Below are positions 1-11,907 of a stretch of DNA of 64,000 bases, piece after piece. The stretch spans positions 30,883 to 94,882 of the forward strand of contig JBEONR010000025.1 in the NCBI GenBank assembly GCA_040544385.1. Reading direction: 5' to 3'. How positions within the stretch are numbered: the first letter of the stretch is position 1; every line of letters starts with the position of its first letter. This stretch comes from Oxalobacteraceae bacterium GrIS 1.11. GTDB lineage: Bacteria; Pseudomonadota; Gammaproteobacteria; Burkholderiales; Burkholderiaceae_D. Below the pieces are notes generated by a model. It was not told the DNA's origin, ran no database searches, and was given only the letters and a program-made list of their open reading frames with translations. The position numbers and the translations under genes were made by a program.

Positions 1-113
1 CGTTCCGAAGCATCCAAGCGCTTAATTCCTGAACCAAAGTGAAAAATCAGTGGACAATTTTTCAGCTAAAGTAATGGAATCGACGCCCCCTTTCAGAAGC
101 GGCATTGTAACTA

Positions 114-554
114 TTTAGCTGAGGTCGAAGGCGATGGCGGTGACCGCCTGGCCGGCCACGATGCGCGGCAGCGCGGCCAGTATCCGCACTTGCTGGCGCC
201 ACAGCGTCAAGCTGACGCCGAATTTGGCCTGGAACAGGCGCGTCGGCGTACGCGTCGACGCGCCGGCTACCATGGCCCACTTGTCGAGTCCGCGCGCGTG
301 GCCGGGAGCGGCCAGGATGGCGTCGCGCCGCTGGCGGCGTAAATGAACTGGCCGCGCCGGTGCCGGTGCATGCCGACCCGGAAGCCGTCCGGATAATTCT
401 TCGGCATCATGCCCAGCGGTCGCGGGGCCTCGTCATAATCGTTGCGCTCGGTACTCTTGCCAGGAATATGAGAGGCGTATTTCAAAAAAAAGTGATGAGG
501 AACCGCTGCCAACTCCGCTGGCAATCTTGCATATAATATTATAAGCTGTGCCAT
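114..554 (-). pseudogene. Probable AraC-family regulator remnant. The cupin-like N-terminal segment (frame of ORF 267..656) and the AraC-type HTH signature lie in different frames, and the reading frame stops early.
   Basis: The minus-strand translation ~380-470 gives PRPLGMMPKNYPDGFRVGMHRHRRGQFIYAASG (AraC N-terminal cupin-like). A different minus frame ~117-270 gives TRLFQAKFGVSLTLWRQQVRILAALPRIVAGQAVTAIAFDLS* (AraC/XylS HTH consensus). That frame is truncated at 'FDLS*' before the usual GYxSxSxF segment. Confidence 0.3.
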
Positions 555-681
555 GCACGAGCCCGGATAGCGGCTCGGCGCATGCACCAGATTGATGCGA
601 TATCGCCGAGGCGCGAGGGCGGCGCCCCCTGTGGCGCGACTATCTTGAGTTGGCATACATCATGCTAGGAATAACGAGTCA

Positions 682-1560
682 ATGACACGATTGCCCTTCA
701 TGCCCAATTGCATCAAGCACCACAACGCCGCCGAGGGCGCCTGCCAGGCGCGCCTGACTTTGGTCTTTGCCGACGACACCGGCACTACGCGCCTGGTCGA
801 GCGTGCCCATTGCGGCCCCTTGCGGGTGCAAAAAGCGCTTTACCCGGAAGGCGGCGCCGTTTGCCACGCGATTATCGTGCATCCGCCCGGCGGCGTGCTG
901 GGCGGCGACCAATTGTCGATCACGGCGCACGTCGGCGCATCGGGGCACGCTTTCCTGACCTCGCCCGGCGCCGCCAAATGGTATAAGGCGAATGGCCACC
1001 TCTCGCGCCAGCAAGTGCAACTGCATGCGGGCGCCGGCGCCAGCATCGAGTGGCTGCCGCAGGAAAGCATTTTCTTCGACCAGGCCCAGGTCGCGCTCGA
1101 ACATAGCGTCACGCTGGCGGCCGACGCCGTTTATTTCGGGTGCGAGATTATCTGCCTGGGCCGGCGCGCCTCGGGCGAGTGCTTCGACAACGGCAAGATC
1201 ACGCAGCACACCCGTATCAGCCGCGCCGGCAAGTTGCTGTGGTGGGAGCAGGGCGCCTTGCTCGGCGGCGGCGACATGCTGGCCAGTCCGCTCGGCTTGC
1301 ACGGCCACAGCGTCTGCGCCACCATGATCGCGGTCGGCGCAGCCTTGCCGGCCGCCGCGCTGGCCGGCCTGCGCCAAAGCGTGGCCGACGCCGGCCTGGG
1401 CGCCGGCTTCGGCGTCACGCACATGAAGGGCCTGGTGGTGGCGCGCCACCTGGGCGATGACAGCGAGCGGGCGCGGCGCGCGATGCTGATGGTGTGGCAA
1501 GGCTTGCGCCCCTTTTTGCTGGGGCGCGCGGGCCAGGTGCCGCGCATCTGGAATACATGA
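682..1560 (+). CDS. ureD: Urease accessory protein UreD
   Basis: 292-aa ORF that is first in a ureDABCEFG arrangement. UreD-like sequence (…[12 protein letters not shown]…). Confidence 0.85.
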   Translation: MTRLPFMPNCIKHHNAAEGACQARLTLVFADDTGTTRLVERAHCGPLRVQKALYPEGGAVCHAIIVHPPGGVLGGDQLSITAHVGASGHAFLTSPGAAKWYKANGHLSRQQVQLHAGAGASIEWLPQESIFFDQAQVALEHSVTLAADAVYFGCEIICLGRRASGECFDNGKITQHTRISRAGKLLWWEQGALLGGGDMLASPLGLHGHSVCATMIAVGAALPAAALAGLRQSVADAGLGAGFGVTHMKGLVVARHLGDDSERARRAMLMVWQGLRPFLLGRAGQVPRIWNT

Positions 1561-1579
1561 AACCCACGGGAGATGCGCG

Positions 1580-1882
1580 ATGGATTTGACGCCTAGAGAA
1601 AAAGACAAGCTGTTGATCTTCACGGCCGGTTTAGTGGCCGAGCGGCGCCTGGCGCGCGGCTTGAAGTTGAATTATCCGGAAGCGGTGGCCTTGATCAGCG
1701 CTGCCATCATGGAAGGCGCGCGCGATGGCCGCACGGTGGCCGAGCTGATGGCGGACGGCGCCAGGATATTATGCCGGGCCGATGTCATGGACGGCATCGC
1801 CGAGATGATCCCCGACATCCAGGTGGAAGCGACGTTCCCCGATGGCAGTAAACTCGTCACCGTACACAACCCGATTCCATGA
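1580..1882 (+). CDS. ureA: Urease gamma subunit
   Basis: 100 aa. [40 protein letters not shown]… is the canonical UreA sequence. Confidence 0.95.
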   Translation: MDLTPREKDKLLIFTAGLVAERRLARGLKLNYPEAVALISAAIMEGARDGRTVAELMADGARILCRADVMDGIAEMIPDIQVEATFPDGSKLVTVHNPIP

Positions 1883-1892
1883 GGGACACAGC

Positions 1893-2222
1893 ATGATACC
1901 CGGCGAATACCTGTTGGAAGCAGGCGACATTAGCCTGAACGCGGGCCGTGCCACGGTCACCGTGGTGGTGGCCAATCGCGGCGACCGGCCGATCCAGGTC
2001 GGCTCGCATTTTCATTTTTTCGAAGTCAACCCGGCGCTGTCGTTCGAGCGTTCGCAAGCCTATGGCATGCGCCTCGATATCGCGGCCGGCACGGCCGTGC
2101 GTTTCGAGCCGGGCCAGCAGCGCAGCGTGGAATTGGTGGCGCTGGCAGGGGAGCGCAAGGTGTACGGTTTCAACGGCGCCGTGATGGGCCCATTGCGCGC
2201 CGCAGCGCCAGGAGACCCATGA
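1893..2222 (+). CDS. ureB: Urease beta subunit. The start is trimmed to MIPGEYLL, and the ORF-track start at 1842 is likely an upstream extension.
   Basis: [46 protein letters not shown]… is the canonical UreB. The start at 1893 follows the ureA stop. Confidence 0.9.
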   Translation: MIPGEYLLEAGDISLNAGRATVTVVVANRGDRPIQVGSHFHFFEVNPALSFERSQAYGMRLDIAAGTAVRFEPGQQRSVELVALAGERKVYGFNGAVMGPLRAAAPGDP

Positions 2223-2223
2223 T

Positions 2224-3924
<1,701 letters not shown>

Positions 3925-3933
3925 AAGGATGGC

Positions 3934-4437
3934 ATGATGTTGACCCTGCATACCAGGATAGAGAGGGCCGAGGCGGTCGCCGCGACGCTGGAATTGCCGT
4001 ATGACTTGCGCGAAAAATGCCGTTTGCGCGCCACCCTGTCGAACGGCGAGGAAGTGGCGCTGTTGACGGCGCGCGGCACGGTGCTGCGCGACGGCGACTT
4101 GCTGAGCGGGGCAGACGGCCGGGTGGTGCGCATCGTCGCCGCCAGGGAGCCGAGCTATCTGGTGCGCTGCGTCGACGCGCACACCCTGCTGCGCTGCGCT
4201 TTCCACCTCGGCAACCGGCACACCCAGGCCCAGGTCGGCGACGGCTTCCTGCGCATCCGGCGCGACACTGTGCTCAAGGAGATGCTGGAAGGCTTGGGCG
4301 CCAGCGTCGTTGAGGAAGACGCGGCCTTCGAGCCGGAGGCGGGCGCCTATGGTGGTGGCCACGGGCATGGCGACTCCCATCTGTTGGCGCCGGTGCCTCT
4401 GCGCCAAAAGATCCACCGCCCGCGCGATCCGGCCTGA
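3934..4437 (+). CDS. ureE: Urease accessory protein UreE (nickel chaperone)
   Basis: 167 aa with a His-rich C-terminus (GGGHGHGDSH). It lies between ureC and ureF. Confidence 0.9.
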   Translation: MMLTLHTRIERAEAVAATLELPYDLREKCRLRATLSNGEEVALLTARGTVLRDGDLLSGADGRVVRIVAAREPSYLVRCVDAHTLLRCAFHLGNRHTQAQVGDGFLRIRRDTVLKEMLEGLGASVVEEDAAFEPEAGAYGGGHGHGDSHLLAPVPLRQKIHRPRDPA

Positions 4438-4439
4438 CG

Positions 4440-5120
4440 GTGCAGGCGCGCGCCTTGCTGCATTTGCTGCAATTGGCCAGTCCGGGCTTGCCGATCGGCG
4501 CCTACAGTTATTCGCAAGGCCTGGAGGCGGCGCTGGAGTGCGGCATGGTGTGCGACGCGGCCACGGCGCGCGACTGGATCGTGCGCTATGTGCATCAAGT
4601 GATGGCGCGCTGGGAAGCGCCGCTTTGCTGGCGCCTGATGCGCGCCTTCGCCGCGCGCGACACGGCCGCCGCGCACCAATGGGGTGAGCGTTTCATCGCC
4701 TCGCGCGAGAGCGCCGAATTGCGCGCCGAAACCATCCAGATGGGTTATTCGCTGACCCAATTGCTGATGGAGCTGGACGTGGCCGACGGCGCCTTGCTCG
4801 CCATGCTGCAAACGCAGGGGGAAGTGGCGCTGCCGAGCGCCTACGCCTGCGCGGTGGCGGCGCTGGCGATCCCGCATGAGGCCGCGTTGCTGGCGCTGCT
4901 GTTCGCGTGGGCGGAAAACCAGGTGCTGGTGTGCGTCAAGTCGGTGCCGCTGGGGCAGGTGGCCGGGCAGCGCCTGCTGCTGTCGCTGGGCGCCGAACTG
5001 GAGGCGGCAGCCGACTTCGCGCGCCAGGTGCCGGACGAGGAAATGTGCAATTGGGCGCCGGGCCTGGCGCTGCTGTCGATGCAGCACGAGGCGCAGTACA
5101 GCCGGCTTTATCGCTCTTAA
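4440..5120 (+). CDS. ureF: Urease accessory protein UreF (GTG start)
   Basis: 226 aa, UreF-like ([24 protein letters not shown]…). The GTG start lies immediately after the ureE stop. Confidence 0.85.
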   Translation: MQARALLHLLQLASPGLPIGAYSYSQGLEAALECGMVCDAATARDWIVRYVHQVMARWEAPLCWRLMRAFAARDTAAAHQWGERFIASRESAELRAETIQMGYSLTQLLMELDVADGALLAMLQTQGEVALPSAYACAVAALAIPHEAALLALLFAWAENQVLVCVKSVPLGQVAGQRLLLSLGAELEAAADFARQVPDEEMCNWAPGLALLSMQHEAQYSRLYRS

Positions 5121-5142
5121 CTTACTCAGGAAAGCAGGGACA

Positions 5143-5775
5143 ATGACTACTTCCAATCCACTGCGGGTCGGCATCGGCGGGCCGGTCGGCTCGGGCAAGA
5201 CGGCCCTGTGCGAAATGCTGTGCAAGGGCATGCGCGGGCAATACGACATGGCCGTCATCACCAATGATATCTATACCAAGGAAGACATGGAAATCTTGCT
5301 GCGGGCCGAAGCCTTGCCGGCCGAGCGCCTGATGGGGGTGGAAACGGGCGGCTGTCCGCATACGGCAATCCGCGAAGACGCCTCGATCAACCTGGAGGCG
5401 ATCGCGCGCATGCAAGCCGATTTCCCTGACCTGGACTTGATCTTGATCGAATCGGGCGGCGATAACCTGGCCGCCACTTTCAGCCCGGAATTGTCGGACT
5501 TGACGCTGTATGTGATCGACGTGGCCGGCGGCGAAAAAATCCCCCGCAAGGGCGGCCCCGGCATCACCCGCTCCGACCTCCTGATCATCAATAAGACCGA
5601 TCTGGCGCCCTATGTCGGCGCCAACCTCGACGTGATGGCGTGCGACGCCGCCCGCATGCGCGGCAAGCGGCCTTTCGTGTTCACCAATTTGCGCAGCGGC
5701 GAGGGGGTGGCGCAAGTGATCGCCTTCATCCGCGAACAAGGCTTGCTCGATCATCGCTTCGGCGCGCCCCGTTGA
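5143..5775 (+). CDS. ureG: Urease accessory GTPase UreG. The ORF-track entry 4876..5775 is an upstream extension.
   Basis: [28 protein letters not shown]… contains the P-loop GSGKT and the full UreG signature. Confidence 0.95.
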   Translation: MTTSNPLRVGIGGPVGSGKTALCEMLCKGMRGQYDMAVITNDIYTKEDMEILLRAEALPAERLMGVETGGCPHTAIREDASINLEAIARMQADFPDLDLILIESGGDNLAATFSPELSDLTLYVIDVAGGEKIPRKGGPGITRSDLLIINKTDLAPYVGANLDVMACDAARMRGKRPFVFTNLRSGEGVAQVIAFIREQGLLDHRFGAPR

Positions 5776-5826
5776 GCACCTCACTGGCGCGCCGCACAAC
5801 CGCTTGATCTTGCCCCCGCGTTCGGC

Positions 5827-6885
5827 TTATGCCAGCGCCGGATAGTCCGTGTAGCCTTCGGCGCCGGCCTGGTAGAAGGTGGCCGGGTTGGGCGCGTTCA
5901 AAGGGGCGTCTGTCGCCAGGCGATGCGGCAAGTCCGGATTGGCGATGAATAACTGGCCGAAGGCGATTGCGTCCGCTTCACCGGCCGCCAGCACGCGCGC
6001 CGCCGTCGCCTTGTCCATTTTTTCATTGGCGATATACACCCCGCCAAATTCTTTCTTCAACAGGGGACCGAGGCGGTTCTCGCCAACGGCTTCGCGTGCG
6101 CAGATGAAGGCGATGCCGCGCTTGCCCAGCTCGCGCGCCACATAGCTGAAGGTGGCCAGCGGGTCGGAGTCGCCCATGTCGTGCGCGTCGCGGCGCGGCG
6201 CCAGATGCATGCCGACCCGGTCCGCGCCCCACACCTCGATACAGGCGTCGGTCACTTCGAGCATCAGGCGGGCCCGGTTTTCAATCGAGCCGCCGTAATT
6301 GTCGGTGCGCGTGTTGCTGCCGTCTTGCAGGAATTGGTCGAGCAGATAGCCGTTGGCGCCGTGAATTTCGACGCCATCGAAGCCGGCTTTCTTGGCGTTT
6401 TCCGCGCCCTTGCGGTAAGCGGCCACGATGCCGGGCAATTCCGCCGCGTCAAGCGCGCGCGGGGTCACATAATTGCGTTGCGGGCGCACCAGGCTGACGT
6501 GGCCGCGCGCGCCGATCGCGCTGGGCGCCACCGGCAGGGCGCCGTCCAGGAAGATCGGATCGGAAATGCGGCCCACATGCCACAGTTGCAGGAAAATGCG
6601 GCCGGCCGCCGCGTGCACCGCGGCCGTCACCGCTTTCCAGCCTTCGACTTGCTCGTCGGACCAGATGCCAGGGGTGTCCGCGTAACCGACGCCCTGGGGC
6701 GTGACGGCCGTCGCTTCGCTCAGGATCAGGCCGGCCGTGGCGCGCTGGCGATAGTATTGCGCCATCAGCGCGTTCGGCACGCGGCCGCCGCCGGTGGCGC
6801 GCGAGCGTGTCAGGGGCGCCATGATGATGCGGTTTTTCAGTTGCAGGTCGCCAATGGTGATCGGATCGAATAAGTTTGTCATCAT
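5827..6885 (-). CDS. Old Yellow Enzyme family NADH:flavin oxidoreductase (N-ethylmaleimide reductase-like)
   Basis: The motifs …IIMAPLTRSRA… and …GFDGVEIHGANGYLLDQFL… are typical of OYE/NemA. The start is taken at MMTNLFDPI. Confidence 0.85.
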   Translation of the reverse strand: MMTNLFDPITIGDLQLKNRIIMAPLTRSRATGGGRVPNALMAQYYRQRATAGLILSEATAVTPQGVGYADTPGIWSDEQVEGWKAVTAAVHAAAGRIFLQLWHVGRISDPIFLDGALPVAPSAIGARGHVSLVRPQRNYVTPRALDAAELPGIVAAYRKGAENAKKAGFDGVEIHGANGYLLDQFLQDGSNTRTDNYGGSIENRARLMLEVTDACIEVWGADRVGMHLAPRRDAHDMGDSDPLATFSYVARELGKRGIAFICAREAVGENRLGPLLKKEFGGVYIANEKMDKATAARVLAAGEADAIAFGQLFIANPDLPHRLATDAPLNAPNPATFYQAGAEGYTDYPALA

Positions 6886-6933
6886 GATTCCTTTAAAAAA
6901 TGCGCGCACCGGAAGCGGCGCGACGCAGTGGGC

Positions 6934-7230
6934 TTACAAGTCTTGTTGCATGTGGTCCAGAAAAGCCTGGATGGTCGCTTCGTCGCGCTTGAAAAAACTC
7001 CATTGCCCAACCCGGTGCGCCGTTACCAGGCCGGCTTTTTGCAGCGTCGCCAGATGCGCCGACACCGTCGACTGCGACAGGCCGACGCGCTGGTCGATCA
7101 AGCCGGCGCACACGCCGACGTGCAAGGGGTAGTCTTGTTCGGCGAAATAACGCTCTGGCTCCTTGAGCCATTGCAAGATTTGGCGCCGCACGGGATTGGC
7201 CAGGGCCTTGTGGATTGCATCGATGTCCAT
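6934..7230 (-). CDS. ArsR/SmtB-family HTH transcriptional regulator
   Basis: 98 aa. NPVRRQILQWL…LSQSTVSAHLATLQKAGLV is the ArsR-type HTH. It is divergent from the gdx gene. Confidence 0.8.
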   Translation of the reverse strand: MDIDAIHKALANPVRRQILQWLKEPERYFAEQDYPLHVGVCAGLIDQRVGLSQSTVSAHLATLQKAGLVTAHRVGQWSFFKRDEATIQAFLDHMQQDL

Positions 7231-7360
7231 AGGGTGTATTTCGTTTTATGACGATGTGTATATCGTGTTTTACAAATTTCAATATCGCTATATTACGATA
7301 TAAATGAAAAGCCTGCTGGCCAGGGCATTTTGCAGCCTATGCTATACTTTTTGCCTGCTC

Positions 7361-7410
7361 CAGCAGGGACGACCCTGCGGCGTCGGAGCCGGGCAGGGAC
7401 GACCCCGCCA
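7361..7410 (+). ncRNA. Guanidine-II riboswitch (mini-ykkC motif): two hairpins with ACGA loops
   Basis: Two near-identical hairpins are separated by ~14 nt: GCAGGG-ACGA-CCCTGC (7363-7378) and GCAGGG-ACGA-CCCCGC (7393-7408). A GGGAGA Shine-Dalgarno follows at 7414-7419, then the gdx ATG at 7426. Confidence 0.75.
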
Positions 7411-7425
7411 CAACGGGAGAATTCT

Positions 7426-7746
7426 ATGAACTGGCTCATCCTCATCATGGCGGGCTTGCTGGAAATCGGCTGGGCCATTGGCTTGAAATATAGCGCCGGC
7501 TTTACGCGGCTGTGGCCATCGTTGTTGACGGCAGCGGCCATGCTGGGTAGCGTGACGTTACTGGGACTGGCGTTGCGCAGCTTGCCGCTGGGTACGGCGT
7601 ATGCGATCTGGACCGGCATCGGCACGGTCGGCACTGCCATTTTCGGCATCATGGTGCTGGGCGAGCCGGCCGGCGCCGCGCGCCTCGCTTGCATCGCCTT
7701 GATCACGGCCGGCATTCTCGGCCTGAAACTGCTCTCGCCGCAATAA
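7426..7746 (+). CDS. gdx: SMR-family guanidinium exporter (Gdx/SugE)
   Basis: 106 aa from [22 protein letters not shown]…, with four TM segments and the SugE/Gdx signature. The ORF-track entry 7330..7746 includes an untranslated leader that contains the riboswitch. Confidence 0.85.
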   Translation: MNWLILIMAGLLEIGWAIGLKYSAGFTRLWPSLLTAAAMLGSVTLLGLALRSLPLGTAYAIWTGIGTVGTAIFGIMVLGEPAGAARLACIALITAGILGLKLLSPQ

Positions 7747-7949
7747 AATGCAAAGCCCCGAGCCATGCGACAGCGCCCCGCCTGACGGACTATCCCTCAA
7801 TTGAGGCGCATCAAATCCGACTATTTTTACCGATAGACAATGGCATGCTGCGATGGATAAACAATTCCTCGCAGCGTCTCATCCGCGCGCCAAGCCCACA
7901 GCGCGTGGTCAACGATTTGGGGTAAGCAATTTTAATTGAGGATATATTT

Positions 7950-8594
7950 ATGTCATTGACTGAAACTACTCTTACGACTCCTGGACATGATCAGGTGATT
8001 TTCTATGAAGGTCGCGATTTCCAGGGCAAGGCTTACCTGTCTACGCTGGGTGCGAAAGTTGATATTTATAAAGACTATCGCTCGCTGAACGATCGGCTGA
8101 ATTCGGTAAAAGTAGGTTCTTCGTGCAAGGTCACTGTATTTCGTACCGATAATTTCGGTGGCCCTTCAAAAGAGCTGTCCGTCGATACGCCCAATATCAA
8201 TATCGATGGAATGAGCGCTTTTATTGTTCTGGAAAAAGTGGGGCAGCATGCGCTGTTATTTGCCTTTGACGATAGCACGGGCCAGAATCGCAGCATGACG
8301 CTGCAAAGTGCCGGTTTTGGCTCTGTCACACAACCCAATCCCCAACCGGAGCAGGGGACCGATCCCCATAATCCACGAGCCTTTGTCACGCTCAAGGAAA
8401 CCGATATTGAAACCAAGCCCGTGGTGACGGCAATTTTTGTCAGAAAAACCAATGGCGAATATGAGTCTCCGAATGGCTCGATTCACTTCTATTGGAAAGA
8501 CGGAAAGGCTCACGCCAAAAACATCCCTGAATATGAGTCGGCAAGCCTGACTTATAATCAGGAAGGAAATGTATTTTATTTTTCCTGGAAATAA
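7950..8594 (+). CDS. Hypothetical protein with an N-terminal beta/gamma-crystallin-like (double Greek key) domain. The gene is low-GC.
   Basis: VIFYEGRDFQGKAYLSTLG…YRSLNDRLNSVKVGSSCKVTVFRTDNFGG fits two Greek-key motifs (Y/FxxxxFxG … NDxxSS[VI]). Local GC is clearly lower than the flanks. No signal peptide. Confidence 0.55.
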   Translation: MSLTETTLTTPGHDQVIFYEGRDFQGKAYLSTLGAKVDIYKDYRSLNDRLNSVKVGSSCKVTVFRTDNFGGPSKELSVDTPNINIDGMSAFIVLEKVGQHALLFAFDDSTGQNRSMTLQSAGFGSVTQPNPQPEQGTDPHNPRAFVTLKETDIETKPVVTAIFVRKTNGEYESPNGSIHFYWKDGKAHAKNIPEYESASLTYNQEGNVFYFSWK

Positions 8595-8602
8595 GCCATT
8601 TG

Positions 8603-8624
8603 GCGGGATCGTTTCAGATCCCGC
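8603..8624 (+). terminator. Stem-loop downstream of the crystallin-like gene (possible terminator, no clear U-tract)
   Basis: GCGGGATC-gtttca-GATCCCGC is a perfect 8-bp stem, 9 nt after the stop codon. Confidence 0.3.
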
Positions 8625-8708
8625 GTGGCTAGCTTGACGCGGGCGCCGGCGCCGATGACATTGACGGTCGCGGCGGCGGCGCTTGCCATTGGGCGCCCGC
8701 TATCGGCC

Positions 8709-9659
8709 TTAAAACCCCCTATTTTCCCGTGCCAGGTAATACCATTCCTTGCCGGCGGCGGCCACGCTGTCGGGAAACAAGATCACGCCTTCGCATTCGG
8801 CATGCACGGGCGTGTCGTCGGCGCGCGTGCCGATCAACTCGCCCAGCCTGATCCGGTCGAAGCTGGCCCAAGGGCGGCTGAACGCATCGTCCGCGTCGCG
8901 CTTGTCATGCGCGGCCACCATGGTCCATGCTTCCATGTCAGCCACCGCCGGCGGCGGTGCCATCACCATTTCGAGGTGGGCCAGGGTGTTGAGGATCGCG
9001 CGGTAGGCCACTTCCGGCGCGGCCGGATCGTCGTGGCGGCCGCATTCCAGCGTCACACCATAGCCGCCCATGCTGCGCATGAATTCGGTGCTGCCGATGC
9101 CGTAAGCGAGTTCGGCTTCCAGCGCGCCCGCGTGGGTGGCGCGGCGCCGCACGCCGTCGGCGTAGGTCTGGAGCCAGCCGTCGACACAGCGGCCCACGCC
9201 CAGGCTACGCGCCAGCGCGCGTTCCTGTCCGGCGCGCGCGAACGGTTCCAACTGGCCATCATTATTGTGCGGGCCGACCATCACGAAGGGCGCGCCATCG
9301 CCGCTAAAGGAATGCAAGTCGAGCAGGACATCGTGACGGGCCAATAGCGGACAGAGCCAGTTGGCGGCCCTGTCCTCAAAATCTTGCGGCGCGTCGCTGG
9401 GGTAGAGATTGCGGTTCAAATTGCGCTGGCCGATGCGCTCGCCCTTGGCAAAGGCAAGCGCATTGGCGACCGGCACAAAGCTCACGGCGCCGGCCGTCAA
9501 GGCCAGCGCGCCGCTGTCGAGCAAGGCCATCACGCGCGTGATGGCGAGCGTGCCGCAGCGTTCGTTGCCATGCACGGCGCCCAGCACGATCAGACGCGGG
9601 CCGTCGTGCTGGCCGCAGTAGTGGATGGCTTTAAAATGCAGTTGGCCGCCTGTGTTCAT
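8709..9659 (-). CDS. Succinylglutamate desuccinylase/aspartoacylase (AstE/AspA) family zinc hydrolase
   Basis: The GAVHGNERCG motif and overall AstE_AspA-like pattern. The start is trimmed to MNTGGQLHF. Confidence 0.7.
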   Translation of the reverse strand: MNTGGQLHFKAIHYCGQHDGPRLIVLGAVHGNERCGTLAITRVMALLDSGALALTAGAVSFVPVANALAFAKGERIGQRNLNRNLYPSDAPQDFEDRAANWLCPLLARHDVLLDLHSFSGDGAPFVMVGPHNNDGQLEPFARAGQERALARSLGVGRCVDGWLQTYADGVRRRATHAGALEAELAYGIGSTEFMRSMGGYGVTLECGRHDDPAAPEVAYRAILNTLAHLEMVMAPPPAVADMEAWTMVAAHDKRDADDAFSRPWASFDRIRLGELIGTRADDTPVHAECEGVILFPDSVAAAGKEWYYLARENRGF

Positions 9660-9718
9660 GCCGGCTCCGGGTCGATTGCGATCAGCTCTCAATTCTATCC
9701 GGAAACCCCGCAGCCCGC

Positions 9719-10204
9719 TCAGCGCGGCACGTCAAACAAGGCCGTGCCGGCGTCGATCACATCGAATGGCGACGGCATGTGTGCCAGAAAGGCCAGCAAG
9801 CTGCGCACGCGTTCGCTGTCATCGTCATATTTGCCAGCCTCGATGGCGGCGCGCAAGCCCGGCATCGCTTCCTGGACGTGCGGGCTGCGGTAGGCGGCAA
9901 TGAGCAACAGCACCAGTTCGGCGGCATTGCCCTTGCGCCGCACGCGTTCATCGAGCACGCCGAACAGGGCGCGCTGCATGCGCACGGTGGGATTGGTGAT
10001 ATAGGCGAACACCGTTGGCGTATTGGCGATCGCCGCGCACAGGCGGCGCTCGATTTGCTCCGGCTTGACGTCGGAGGCGATGTCGAAATACGCGCCATTC
10101 CAGCGCGTGCGCGCGTGCGGATGGCCGGGCGGGAAAGAATCGGCGGTGTCGAAACCGCAGATCCGGCTCAGATGCCTGAGCCATGTCATCAAGGTGGGAG
10201 TCAT
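9719..10204 (-). CDS. Hypothetical protein
   Basis: 161-aa ORF with consistent GC3 codon bias. No recognisable motif. Confidence 0.45.
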   Translation of the reverse strand: MTPTLMTWLRHLSRICGFDTADSFPPGHPHARTRWNGAYFDIASDVKPEQIERRLCAAIANTPTVFAYITNPTVRMQRALFGVLDERVRRKGNAAELVLLLIAAYRSPHVQEAMPGLRAAIEAGKYDDDSERVRSLLAFLAHMPSPFDVIDAGTALFDVPR

Positions 10205-10256
10205 GTTGCGATTCTAGCAGTAGCCGTATCGGGCCGCTTGCGCTTGCGCGGCCCGC

Positions 10257-11150
10257 TTATTCGCCCAGCTTGCCTTCGCGAAAATCTTGCACCGCCTGGA
10301 TCAGCTCGGCCTGGGTATTCATGACGAAGGGACCGTGTTGTGCGATCGGCTCCTTGAGCGGGCGGCCGGCGATCAAGATCACGCGGCTCGCTTCGAGCGC
10401 CTGCAACTCAACCCCGTCGAAAACTTCGCCCTCGTCGCCATTCCCGGGATTGGCCAGGATCGCCATGCGGGTGGCCGCCACGGTCTTGCCGGCCACGCTG
10501 ACGGCGCCCCGAAAAGTGTAAAAGAAGGCATTGTGGCCCGGCGGCAGCGCCTGGCTGAAGCTGGCGCCGGCCGGCAAGTCGATATCGATATAGAGCGGCT
10601 CCGTCACTTCACGCTGCACCGCGCCGGCCACGCCGTGGCTGGCGCCGGCGATCACTTGCACCGTCACGCCCTGGGTCGTCGTGAAACGGGGAATTTGTTC
10701 CTTGCTGAAGTCGCGATACCAGGGTTGGCGCATCTTGTCGCGCGCGGGCAGGTTCAGCCATAGCTGGAAGCCTTCCATCATGCCGGCTTCCTGTTCCGGC
10801 ATTTCGGAATGGATCACGCCGCGCCCGGCCGTCATCCATTGCACGCCGCCGCCGGACAGCAAGCCTTCATGGCCGGCGCTATCCTTGTGGCGCATGCGCC
10901 CGGCGATCATGTAAGAGACCGTCTCGAAGCCACGGTGCGGATGCTCGGGGAAGCCGGCCAGGTAATCGTTCGGCTTGTCGCTGGCGAAGGCGTCAAGCAT
11001 CAGGAAAGGGTCCAGGCGGCGCTGCAAGGTTTGCGTCAAGACCCGGTTGATTTTCACGCCGGCGCCATCCATCACGGCTTGGCCGGCATGGATGCGCTCG
11101 ATGCCGCGTCCATGTCGCACTTGATCGGAAATGATTGGCATTGATGTCAT
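10257..11150 (-). CDS. Pirin-family protein (bicupin)
   Basis: …GFPEHPHRGFETVSYMIAG… is the pirin N-terminal metal-binding motif. 297 aa. Confidence 0.9.
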   Translation of the reverse strand: MTSMPIISDQVRHGRGIERIHAGQAVMDGAGVKINRVLTQTLQRRLDPFLMLDAFASDKPNDYLAGFPEHPHRGFETVSYMIAGRMRHKDSAGHEGLLSGGGVQWMTAGRGVIHSEMPEQEAGMMEGFQLWLNLPARDKMRQPWYRDFSKEQIPRFTTTQGVTVQVIAGASHGVAGAVQREVTEPLYIDIDLPAGASFSQALPPGHNAFFYTFRGAVSVAGKTVAATRMAILANPGNGDEGEVFDGVELQALEASRVILIAGRPLKEPIAQHGPFVMNTQAELIQAVQDFREGKLGE

Positions 11151-11200
11151 GTTGCTCTCCTGTGGGTTGAAACACGCCGCCCGGCGCGGGTCGTCTGGCG

Positions 11201-11800
11201 TTACACCAGTACCGCGTTGATTTCCGCGTCGGCCTGGGCCTGGGCCCGTGCCACTGCTTCCGGACCCATGCCCATGCCTTCGGCGTAGACATATTGCACG
11301 TCGGTCATGCCGAGGAAGGCGAGGAAGGTTTTCAGGTGCGGCAACTGGGTGTCGCTGGCGCCATCGCGGTGCATGCCACCGCGGGCCAGCGCGACGATCA
11401 CTTTTTTGCCGGTCAGCAGGCCGACCGGGCCGGTTTCCGTGTATTTGAAGGTGACTTGGGCGCGCGCGATCGCGTCGAACCAGCTTTTCAATTGCACGGT
11501 GATGCCGAAGTTATACATCGGCGCGCCGATCACGATCACGTCGGCCGCCAAGGCTTGGGCGATCAAGACATCGTCCAGCGCCACGCGGGCCGCTTGCTCG
11601 GCGTTGCGTTGCGCCGCTGGCGTGAACAGCGCTTGCAGCGTCGCTTCGTCGATGATCGGGTGCGGTTCGGCGGCCAGGTCGCGCCGGGTCAAAGTGGCGT
11701 CCGGCGCCGTGGCACGGATGCGGGCCACGATGGCGTCGGCCAGGCGGGTCGACTCGGAACCGGTGCTACGGGCGCTGGAATTGATTTGCAGGATGTTCAT
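11201..11800 (-). CDS. azoR: FMN-dependent NADH-azoreductase
   Basis: [21 protein letters not shown]… is a flavodoxin-like AzoR sequence. The start is trimmed from ORF 11201..11884. Confidence 0.8.
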   Translation of the reverse strand: MNILQINSSARSTGSESTRLADAIVARIRATAPDATLTRRDLAAEPHPIIDEATLQALFTPAAQRNAEQAARVALDDVLIAQALAADVIVIGAPMYNFGITVQLKSWFDAIARAQVTFKYTETGPVGLLTGKKVIVALARGGMHRDGASDTQLPHLKTFLAFLGMTDVQYVYAEGMGMGPEAVARAQAQADAEINAVLV

Positions 11801-11907
11801 GGTGGGTTTTCCATCTGTTGGTTGACGATGGAAGCACTTTATCAGTTCCAAAACCATTCCAGAAGACGTTAAAATGGATAACATTAAACCGTCAGTGGAA
11901 CAATTCC

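Noticed and set aside
4876-5142. N-terminal extension of the ureG ORF (4876..5775)
   Set aside because: It overlaps ureF. UreG has a canonical start [20 protein letters not shown] at 5143, preceded by an RBS.
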